A DNA stretch of 35,049 nt from an uncultured Muribaculaceae bacterium (lineage in GTDB: Bacteria > Bacillota_I > Bacilli_A > RF39 > UBA660), in contig CAYJJY010000001.1 of assembly GCA_964370615.1 (NCBI GenBank), positions 1 through 35,049 of the forward strand. Reading direction: 5' to 3'. The notes under the pieces are model-generated. The model worked only from the letters and a program-made list of their open reading frames with translations. It was not told the origin of the DNA and did not search any database. The translations under genes and the position numbers were made by a program. Within the stretch, counting starts at the first letter, position 1, and each line of letters begins with the position of its first letter. Of the stretch, positions 25,565 to 32,823 are shown one piece after another.

Positions 25565-26495
25565 AACTAAAATTCTCACTTGTAATTATTTGGTCTTGAT
25601 TAGTAAACCAAATAACTTCTACATCATAATTTGTGATAAAATCTTGCCCTTTTTCAATTGGCATTAAAAACAAGATTGTTGATAGTGCATCACATAAGCC
25701 ACTATCTTTACCTATTACGGTAACACTTTTCATATGATTAGCTGGGTATCTGGTTATTGGGTCTATAATATGGTGATATGATATTCCTTCATACTCATAA
25801 AATCTTTCGTAAGAACCACTTGTTACAACACTGATATTTTCATCTTTTATAACCATAAATGTTTCATCACTTATGGGACTTGCTATTCCAATATTGTAAT
25901 ATCCTTTTGCACTTTCTCCAACTATAACATTACCACCAGCATTTATTATAAATTCATTTATATCTAAATCATGTAATATTTCTTTAGCTTGGTTTGAGAC
26001 ATATCCTTTAGCTATAGCTCCTAAATCAATATTAACATTTCCTGATATTTCAATTTTATTATCTTCTATTTTAAAATTATCCATATTTATATCAATACTA
26101 TTTAATTCATAATTAGTTGGTAGTGATATTGTTTGGTTTCTAAAATCACTCCATATTTGTGTTAGATCACCGATATTTATATTTAGTAAACCTTCACTTG
26201 CATTAGACCATTCTAGTCCTTTATTAATCATTTCAATTAATTGTTCTGAAACATTGGTATTTCCATTGTTTAACTTATATAGTTCACTATTTTCATCATA
26301 CTTACTAACTATTAATTCGTAATCTTGATATAATTTTTCTATTTGTTCAAAGGCTTTTTCTGATTCTTTCTCACTAACATTATATAGTTTTATATTGATT
26401 AATGTATCCATATAAAATAAATTTGTTGAATAATCTTCTTTACTACATCCTGTTAATAATATAATTATTAAAACTAATATTTTTTTCATCTTCAT
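25551..26495 (-). CDS. apbE: FAD:protein FMN transferase (ApbE family) lipoprotein
   Basis: Lipobox LLTG/C. ApbE motifs: FYMDTLINIKLY, DLGAIAKGY, TSGSYERFYEYEGISYHHIIDPITRYP. Ends with TGA. Start placed at ATG 26495 or 26489; the track start is TTG. Confidence 0.9.
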   Translation of the reverse strand: MKMKKILVLIIILLTGCSKEDYSTNLFYMDTLINIKLYNVSEKESEKAFEQIEKLYQDYELIVSKYDENSELYKLNNGNTNVSEQLIEMINKGLEWSNASEGLLNINIGDLTQIWSDFRNQTISLPTNYELNSIDINMDNFKIEDNKIEISGNVNIDLGAIAKGYVSNQAKEILHDLDINEFIINAGGNVIVGESAKGYYNIGIASPISDETFMVIKDENISVVTSGSYERFYEYEGISYHHIIDPITRYPANHMKSVTVIGKDSGLCDALSTILFLMPIEKGQDFITNYDVEVIWFTNQDQIITSENFSYEEK

Positions 26496-26511
26496 CACTT
26501 TATAATTATAA

Positions 26512-26553
26512 CACAAAAAAAGATAAAAAGTTTCTTTTTGACTCTTTATCTTT
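26512..26553 (-). terminator. terminator-like hairpin immediately upstream of apbE
   Basis: Minus strand AAAGATAAAGAG-tcaaaaagaaa-CTTTTTATCTTT (12-bp stem, 1 mismatch) followed by TTTTTTGTG. Confidence 0.55.
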
Positions 26554-26741
26554 TATTTTTATATTTTTAAAAGTTTGATAGAAGTATTTGTATATTTACC
26601 TTTTTATTTTGGGATATCAAAAGGTTTTATTTTTGTTTTTCGTATTTTTATTTTGAACTTATAATATCTCCTCCTTTTGTAATTAAATTATAGCAAGTGG
26701 ATATGTAGTTTTAATGTTGGGAATGTGAAAAAGAAGTGAAT

Positions 26742-26768
26742 AAAAAAATATAAGAATTAATTCTTATA
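26742..26768 (-). terminator. intrinsic terminator after the prepilin-LRR gene
   Basis: Minus strand TATAAGAATT/AATTCTTATA perfect palindrome followed by T7, starting right after the TAA stop. Confidence 0.75.
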
Positions 26769-27821
26769 TTAGTTTGGAAGTTCATAATACTTATCTGCTG
26801 TTTCTATTGTACAATTCAAATCAGTATCACTATGAAATTTTATAGTTTTACAATAGAAATTAGAAACATCACAAGCGATATCATGAATACCATAAAATTG
26901 TTCATTAAAGAGCCATGAGAATGAATCATTAAATGGGCTTATAAGTTGATTATTATCTACATTTAAACAGCTATCTTTGATATAGATATCCATATTTTTC
27001 AATTCCATAACAACTGGAGCAAAAACCGAATCTCCTAAATTGCTATTAGTAGATAATGTTATCTTTTCTAGATTAGTACCTTCAAAAGCTGCATCTGCTA
27101 TTGTTGTTACACTATCAGGCATTTCGATTTCTGATAGTAAAGTATATGAAAAAGCATACAATCCAATTTCTTTAATGTTATTATTAATCTTAACACTTTC
27201 TATTACAAAACCATCTTCTTCATATCTTGCAAAAGCATATGAATTATTTGATGTAATATGATTTTCAATTTCTCCTACAGTTGATAAACCTATTTTATTA
27301 ACTTCAATACCACCAATAGTACATGGTATTACTGGACTTGTATCTGTTCCAATATAAGCTAAAATAGTATTGGTGTTTTTATCAAAAATAAAGTCACTAT
27401 CGGGATTAGCTTCATTTTTCCAACTGTCATAATTATCGCAACTATAAGCATAATCAAACTCTATTTCACAATTTTCAGAATATTCAAATTGATATTGATT
27501 AATATTATTTTGCCAAGAATACAGAATACATCCTTCCAAAGTTTCTCCTGTTATTGGGTTTTCAGGGATTGTTTGAATTAAACCTGAATTAATCAAGTCC
27601 TGATATTGAATTGATTTTTTGGTACTACTTGTACCTAATGAATTTTGTACTGAATATTTTAGAGCTTGATCTAGTAAAAGATCTATTTGCGAGTCGTAAG
27701 CTGATTGTTTTGAATTATTTATGATACTATTAGTTACTGGGACAATAATTGCAATTATAACACCTAAGATAACTATAACTGCTAGTAACTCTACTAATGT
27801 AAAGGCTTTTTTTACATTCAT
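26769..27821 (-). CDS. type IV prepilin-like N-terminus fused to a BspA/LRR_5-type leucine-rich repeat domain
   Basis: MNVKKA/FTLVELLAVIVILGVIIAIIVPV prepilin signal. The first ~120 aa are paralogous to the 18486-20339 product. The C-terminus has LRR_5-like repeats (IKEIGLYAFSYTLLSEIEMPDSVTTIADAAFEGTNLEKITL). ATG at 27821. Confidence 0.8.
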   Translation of the reverse strand: MNVKKAFTLVELLAVIVILGVIIAIIVPVTNSIINNSKQSAYDSQIDLLLDQALKYSVQNSLGTSSTKKSIQYQDLINSGLIQTIPENPITGETLEGCILYSWQNNINQYQFEYSENCEIEFDYAYSCDNYDSWKNEANPDSDFIFDKNTNTILAYIGTDTSPVIPCTIGGIEVNKIGLSTVGEIENHITSNNSYAFARYEEDGFVIESVKINNNIKEIGLYAFSYTLLSEIEMPDSVTTIADAAFEGTNLEKITLSTNSNLGDSVFAPVVMELKNMDIYIKDSCLNVDNNQLISPFNDSFSWLFNEQFYGIHDIACDVSNFYCKTIKFHSDTDLNCTIETADKYYELPN

Positions 27822-27846
27822 GATAACCACTTCTCTATCTTACAAT

Positions 27847-27875
27847 ATATTATCACACATTTTAAATTTTATCAA
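27847..27875 (-). promoter_or_regulatory. sigma-A type promoter for the prepilin-LRR gene
   Basis: Minus strand TTGATA, 17 nt, TAATAT with a TG extension. Confidence 0.6.
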
Positions 27876-27903
27876 ATAAAAATATAAGAATTACTTCTTA
27901 TAT
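27876..27903 (-). terminator. intrinsic terminator after rnj
   Basis: Minus strand ATATAAGAA-GTAA-TTCTTATAT followed by TTTTTATTT. Overlaps the TAA stop. Nearly identical to the terminator at 26742-26768. Confidence 0.75.
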
Positions 27904-29544
27904 TTCATGAACTGTTGTTAAGATAACAGGTTTAGATTCTGTTTCTTGATAAAAATATTTACCAACTTTATCTCTAATTTGATTTTTAATTTTACTATAA
28001 TCAGCATATCCTGTTTTAGTATTATCTTTTATAGCTTCTTGACATAATTTTGTTGCTTCTATGATTAGTTCTTCATTTTCTTTCATGTAAACAAATCCTT
28101 TAGTAACAATTTCAGGTCCATAGATAATTTCTTTTGTTTTTTTATCTAAAACGGCATTGATTAATACTATTCCACTTTCCCCTAGCATTTCACGGTCTTT
28201 TATTACTATTTCACCGATATCTCCTAGAGTTTTACCATCTATTAATATTTCATCTACTTTTATATTTTTATTATCTGGTACTAATTTACCATTTACAAAA
28301 GTAGTAACTTGTCCATTGATGCTTAAAACGATTGATTCATCATTATAACCAACTGTTTTAGCTACATCACTATTAGCTACTTGATGACGATATTCTCCTA
28401 TTACTGGGAAATAATATTTAGGATTTAGAAGTGATAACATCATCATTAAATCTTCACTTGATGCATGAAGGGCTAAATACTTTTTACTAGACATAGGGAT
28501 TAGGTCACACCCTAATTTAGCTATATCATCAAATAATTTAGTAGCACTTCTTTCAGTTCCATCATGAATTGGTGAGGCAAAGATTATTGTATCCTCACTA
28601 TTTAAAGTAATAAATTTATCATATCCTTTAACGATTCTTTTAATATTAGAAAATGGTTTTTCTCTTTCATCTGAGATTAAAACTACAACATTATCTTCTT
28701 TAATATTATGAATGCTTGATATTCTTTTACGGTCAAAGTTCAAATAATTTTGTTCAATCATACTTAAGATTGATTTTTCTAAACGTTTACCTAAAATTAC
28801 TACTTTACGATCAGTTTCACTAATAGCATTAAATATATCATTAATACGATAGTTTTGAGTTTGGTAAATATTTATTAAAATTCTTTTTTCTTTTTTATAA
28901 ATAATTTCTTTAAAAAAGTTATAGCTACGGTGATTTGGAGATGTAAATCCTCTTTTTTCTGCAAAAGTTGATTCTGCTAATAAGCATAATACTCCTTGTT
29001 TTCCAACATAGGCTAATTTACCAATATCTGTTTTATAACTATCTTGTAGAGTTGAATCAAATACAAAGTTACCTGTATAAACAATTGCTCCATCTTTTGT
29101 ATATAATACATATCCTACTGTATCTGGAGAATCATTAGATAATCTAATTGGGAAAACAATATATTTACCTACTTTGATTTTTTGATGTGGGTTTGATTCC
29201 ACTAAATTCGTTTGTGGTAAACCTTCTTGAATTAATTCTTCTTTCAAGATATCTAATGTAAATTTTGTTCCATATACTTTAGTTTTTGTTAAATCTCTTA
29301 ACATATCTGGTAATGCTCCGATATGTTCATCGTGACCATTAGTTACAAATATTCCTTTGATTCTATTTTCATTATTTTTTAAGTATGTATAATCTGGTAA
29401 GATATAATCTACACCTAACATATTATCATCAGCATATTTTAATCCTGAATCAAATACAAAGATATCTTTATCTATTTCAACTACATACATATTTTTACCG
29501 ATTTCATTTAATCCGCCTAGAGCGAATATATTTATTTTACTCAT
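27898..29544 (-). CDS. rnj: ribonuclease J
   Basis: 548 aa; IFALGGLNEIGKNMYVVE, the MBL motif TNGHDEHIG, a beta-CASP region and a C-terminal domain. SD AAAGGAGGAAAAA. Confidence 0.95.
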   Translation of the reverse strand: MSKINIFALGGLNEIGKNMYVVEIDKDIFVFDSGLKYADDNMLGVDYILPDYTYLKNNENRIKGIFVTNGHDEHIGALPDMLRDLTKTKVYGTKFTLDILKEELIQEGLPQTNLVESNPHQKIKVGKYIVFPIRLSNDSPDTVGYVLYTKDGAIVYTGNFVFDSTLQDSYKTDIGKLAYVGKQGVLCLLAESTFAEKRGFTSPNHRSYNFFKEIIYKKEKRILINIYQTQNYRINDIFNAISETDRKVVILGKRLEKSILSMIEQNYLNFDRKRISSIHNIKEDNVVVLISDEREKPFSNIKRIVKGYDKFITLNSEDTIIFASPIHDGTERSATKLFDDIAKLGCDLIPMSSKKYLALHASSEDLMMMLSLLNPKYYFPVIGEYRHQVANSDVAKTVGYNDESIVLSINGQVTTFVNGKLVPDNKNIKVDEILIDGKTLGDIGEIVIKDREMLGESGIVLINAVLDKKTKEIIYGPEIVTKGFVYMKENEELIIEATKLCQEAIKDNTKTGYADYSKIKNQIRDKVGKYFYQETESKPVILTTVHEI

Positions 29545-29612
29545 TTTTTCCTCCTTTCTAAGTCTTTATTCATTATAGCAAAAAAAAGTTTAAAAGTCTA
29601 TTAATTAAATTT

Positions 29613-29633
29613 AAAAACATCACATTAGTGATG
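29613..29633 (-). terminator. intrinsic terminator after the 150-aa ORF
   Basis: Minus strand CATCAC-TAAT-GTGATG followed by TTTTT, directly after the stop. Confidence 0.6.
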
Positions 29634-29634
29634 C

Positions 29635-30087
29635 TTATATTAATGTTTTTTGATTGTCTTTATCTATTATGTTTGATATAGCTTTTTTTAAACCTTGGTT
29701 ATTAACAGTTGTCATGTCTCCATTTAATGAACCGTCTTCATATTCACAGTTACTTAGGATTGTAAAATGGTCATAATCATTTAATTTATTCAATTCTTGT
29801 TCTAATAATTGATATTGGTTTTTGAAGTTAGATGGTAACATAATCATAGCACTTTTACAATGATTACTTCTTTTACTGGTTGTTTCAAATATTACTATAT
29901 CATCATTTATTTTATTTAAGAAATGACCCATAACGTTTACTGGTACTTTTTTTGTCATTTGTTTAAAAATTGGGTGATTAGGATATTTTTCATTTAAATA
30001 TTCTATCATACATTCAGCATGAGTTTTATCATCTTTATCTATTATGTGTTTAACTTCTTGATTTATAATTATTATTTTAAATTCCAT
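29635..30087 (-). CDS. hypothetical protein
   Basis: 150-aa ORF with SD TAGGAGAAATAT and a terminator after the stop. No family recognised. Confidence 0.6.
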   Translation of the reverse strand: MEFKIIIINQEVKHIIDKDDKTHAECMIEYLNEKYPNHPIFKQMTKKVPVNVMGHFLNKINDDIVIFETTSKRSNHCKSAMIMLPSNFKNQYQLLEQELNKLNDYDHFTILSNCEYEDGSLNGDMTTVNNQGLKKAISNIIDKDNQKTLI

Positions 30088-30098
30088 ATATTTCTCCT

Positions 30099-30121
30099 AA
30101 AAAAACATCAAATAAGATGTT
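30099..30121 (-). terminator. intrinsic terminator after rubrerythrin
   Basis: Minus strand AACATC-TTATTT-GATGTT followed by T7. The T-run abuts the SD of the next gene. Confidence 0.7.
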
Positions 30122-30130
30122 TTGTTTTAA

Positions 30131-30670
30131 TTAAAAGTTTCTTGCTTCGATTTCGAAAAATGCTTGTGGGTGTACACATACTGGGCATACTTTTGGAGCT
30201 GTTTCAGCATAGTGAATATGTCCACAGTTTTTACAAATCCAATAAACTTTTCCTTCTTTTTCAAATACTTTTTCTTCTTTTAAGTTATTTAATAATTCTA
30301 AATATCTTTCTTCATGATGTTTTTCAATTTTTCCTACGCTTTCGAATAAAAAGGCAATTTTATCAAATCCTTCTTCTTTAGCTGTTTTAGCGAATTCAGC
30401 GTACATATCAGTCCACTCATAGTTTTCTCCGTTAGCTGCGTCTTTTAAGTTTTCTAAAGTTGTTGGAATATTTCCACCATGTAATAATTTAAACCACATT
30501 TTTGCATGTTCTTTTTCATTATTAGCTGTTTCTTCAAAGATATCTTTAATTTGTTCATATCCTTCTTTTTTTGCTTGTGCTGCATAATATGTATATTTGT
30601 TTCTTGCTTGTGATTCTCCTGCAAATGCTGTCATTAAGTTTTGTTCTGTTTTTGTTCCTTTAATTTCCAT
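30131..30670 (-). CDS. rbr: rubrerythrin
   Basis: Diiron ferritin-like domain ([28 protein letters not shown]) plus a C-terminal rubredoxin CxxC...CxxC (CKNCGH...CPVCVHP). Confidence 0.95.
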   Translation of the reverse strand: MEIKGTKTEQNLMTAFAGESQARNKYTYYAAQAKKEGYEQIKDIFEETANNEKEHAKMWFKLLHGGNIPTTLENLKDAANGENYEWTDMYAEFAKTAKEEGFDKIAFLFESVGKIEKHHEERYLELLNNLKEEKVFEKEGKVYWICKNCGHIHYAETAPKVCPVCVHPQAFFEIEARNF

Positions 30671-30672
30671 AA

Positions 30673-31044
30673 TTAATCCTCTTTTCTACAATTTTTACAA
30701 TATCCGCTTATGATCATTTCTAAAGATGTGATTTCAATATCATTATACTTCTCTATTTTGTTATTGTCAATTTCGACGTCGATGTCTTGAACATTTTTAC
30801 AGTTTAAGCATATAAAGTGAAAGTGTTGGTGTAATGTTTTATCATATATGTCTTTACCGTTTGGTACAGGTATATGTTTTATCATGTTAGCATCTACTAA
30901 TTCTGATAAATTTCTATAGACAGTTCCTAGACTGATTTTTGGCATTACTTCCCTAGCTTTTTGATATATTTGCTCAGCTGTTAAATGATCAAAATCTTTT
31001 TTGATAATATTGTAAATTAAATCTCTTTGTTTTGAATATCTCAT
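30673..31044 (-). CDS. perR: Fur family transcriptional regulator (PerR-like by context)
   Basis: 123 aa; w[40 protein letters not shown] and CxxC pairs. Lies 2 nt upstream of rubrerythrin. Confidence 0.85.
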   Translation of the reverse strand: MRYSKQRDLIYNIIKKDFDHLTAEQIYQKAREVMPKISLGTVYRNLSELVDANMIKHIPVPNGKDIYDKTLHQHFHFICLNCKNVQDIDVEIDNNKIEKYNDIEITSLEMIISGYCKNCRKED

Positions 31045-31058
31045 AAACTTCTCCTAAA

Positions 31059-31073
31059 TAGTAATAATTACTA
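31059..31073. promoter_or_regulatory. Fur-family 7-1-7 operator (TAGTAAT-A-ATTACTA)
   Basis: Perfect 15-bp palindrome between the -10 box and the SD of the Fur-family gene. Same architecture as the Fur, PerR and Zur boxes of Bacillus. Confidence 0.7.
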
Positions 31074-31080
31074 CTTATTA

Positions 31081-31109
31081 AGTATATCAAGTTTTTTTTA
31101 TTATGTCAA
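31081..31109 (-). promoter_or_regulatory. sigma-A type promoter of the perR-rbr operon
   Basis: Minus strand TTGACA, 17 nt, TATACT with a TG extension. Confidence 0.65.
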
Positions 31110-31184
31110 ATCATTTTATCAAATTTATTACTTAAAGAGATAAATGCAACTTTTTAATATTTAATTTTTAAACGATACGATTTA

Positions 31185-32822
31185 TTAATTGAAAGTCTTG
31201 TCTTCTTCTTTTTTTATTGTGAAGTTTTCAGTTAAATTCAAATCAATATTAAATTCCATAAATACAATATTGTTTATTTCCTCATTGGTAGCACCAAATT
31301 CTTTTAGTTTTTCAACCATTTTTAAAATTTCCTTAGTATTGTCATCCAAATTTGATTTTGTCATTTGAATTGTAGAAGTTGTTTTGTTTATGTGAGTGTT
31401 GATGTTATTTTGGTTTTGTCGATTGTCATTTGATTTAGCAGGTGAATTATTTTCATCATATTTTTTCATTTCTTGAATCACTTTGTTATCATAACAAAAT
31501 TTATACTTACATATATTTTCCTTTTCAGCATTAATACTTATCTTTTCTTTTACTGTGTTAATAAAATCTTTATCTACTCTCATTATATTCTCACTCATTT
31601 TTGCTAATATTGTTTTGAAATCTTTAGCTTTAACGTCTATTACTACATTTTCACTAATCTGAGATGAAGATATAATTTCTTTCGAATTAATCGAACTTTC
31701 TAATCTACTTATTAATTTAGGTTTAAAGAAAGAGATTATTCTATGTTTGAAATTATCAGAGTTAATATATGGTTTTAATTTAATTTCTTCAAAAATTCCT
31801 TTGGATAATTTTTCTTTATTTAGAATTTTTCCCTCATATGGTCTGAGATTTGAATTAAAACGTTCTACAACACTTTCTGCTAAAACCATAGCTAAGTATT
31901 CATCAAGAGAAATATTGTTTCCATTATATGAAACTTTCATATTTTGATTACTACGAATCCAATTTATAATTTCACCAGTTATTGTTTCATCAATTATTTT
32001 GCTTCTAACCTCGTTATAAGAACGTTTTTTTCCTTTAGAATCAGGTGACGGTTCAGAACCATAACCAATCCATCCATCTATTTTACCAACTAATAGAGGC
32101 GGTTGTTTTAACCCTAAACTTATATTTGAATTTTTCATTTTAATTTTTTGTAAAATATCAATATAATCTTGAAGATGTTTATTATCACTATAAATAACTA
32201 TAGTATCACATCTATTACCAACTATATCATATTTAAAATAATATGGAATATTTAACTTTTCACATTCTTTAATGAATAAATCGCATATATCTATTGTTAT
32301 GTTTGAATCCGAGTTTATATATAAACGATTTTTTATAGCAGGAAGTGCTGTCGTTCCTATCTTATTTTTTTCCGACATTACATGTTGCCATGATGAATCT
32401 CTCCCATCCTTATCCCATCTATGCTTTTCCATTGCTATTTTTAATTTTGAATCAGAATAATTACTATCCATGATGTCATCAGCTTCTTTTTTTGTCTTTA
32501 CATCTGGAACTTTTTTTAAAAACTCTCTTAATACTATAAAATCATCATTAATTTTCCCATAATTGCGCAAACTTATTCCTTGTTCTCTTGTCATATTAAC
32601 TATATGATTTTTCCATGAATTAAACCTTTCAATATAAAATTTTTCATTATTTTTGGAAAGAATTCTAATCACCTTGCCGTCGATATTACTTTTAACAAGT
32701 CTAGTATAAAAATCTTTTTGTGTAGATTTAGATGAATAAGTTTCGAAATAAATTTCCAACAATTTTTTTACTGTTTCTTCATTCAAAGGATTTTCAATAT
32801 TATCATATATATCTTTTAGCAT
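31185..32822 (-). CDS. hypothetical 545-aa protein; central region weakly resembles a HopA1/OspF/LanKC-lyase-type domain
   Basis: Residues ~160-290: KNRLYINSD...IPYYFKYDIVGNRCDTIVIYS...GWIGYGSEPSP...KRSYNEVRSKIIDETI resemble the K-x-Y-x-N / FK / R-x-D-x-V-x-Y / G-x-x-x-E-P...S-F-G..R pattern of that family. Low-complexity N/Q/T linker near the C-terminus. Translationally coupled to the upstream ORF. Confidence 0.6.
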   Translation of the reverse strand: MLKDIYDNIENPLNEETVKKLLEIYFETYSSKSTQKDFYTRLVKSNIDGKVIRILSKNNEKFYIERFNSWKNHIVNMTREQGISLRNYGKINDDFIVLREFLKKVPDVKTKKEADDIMDSNYSDSKLKIAMEKHRWDKDGRDSSWQHVMSEKNKIGTTALPAIKNRLYINSDSNITIDICDLFIKECEKLNIPYYFKYDIVGNRCDTIVIYSDNKHLQDYIDILQKIKMKNSNISLGLKQPPLLVGKIDGWIGYGSEPSPDSKGKKRSYNEVRSKIIDETITGEIINWIRSNQNMKVSYNGNNISLDEYLAMVLAESVVERFNSNLRPYEGKILNKEKLSKGIFEEIKLKPYINSDNFKHRIISFFKPKLISRLESSINSKEIISSSQISENVVIDVKAKDFKTILAKMSENIMRVDKDFINTVKEKISINAEKENICKYKFCYDNKVIQEMKKYDENNSPAKSNDNRQNQNNINTHINKTTSTIQMTKSNLDDNTKEILKMVEKLKEFGATNEEINNIVFMEFNIDLNLTENFTIKKEEDKTFN

Positions 32823-32823
32823 T

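Noticed and set aside
26560-26640. TTG-initiated 17-codon ORF (TTG ATA TCC CAA ... TTT TAA) in the apbE upstream region.
   Set aside because: There is no SD upstream of the TTG, and the frame is A-rich and low-complexity. It is not distinguishable from chance.
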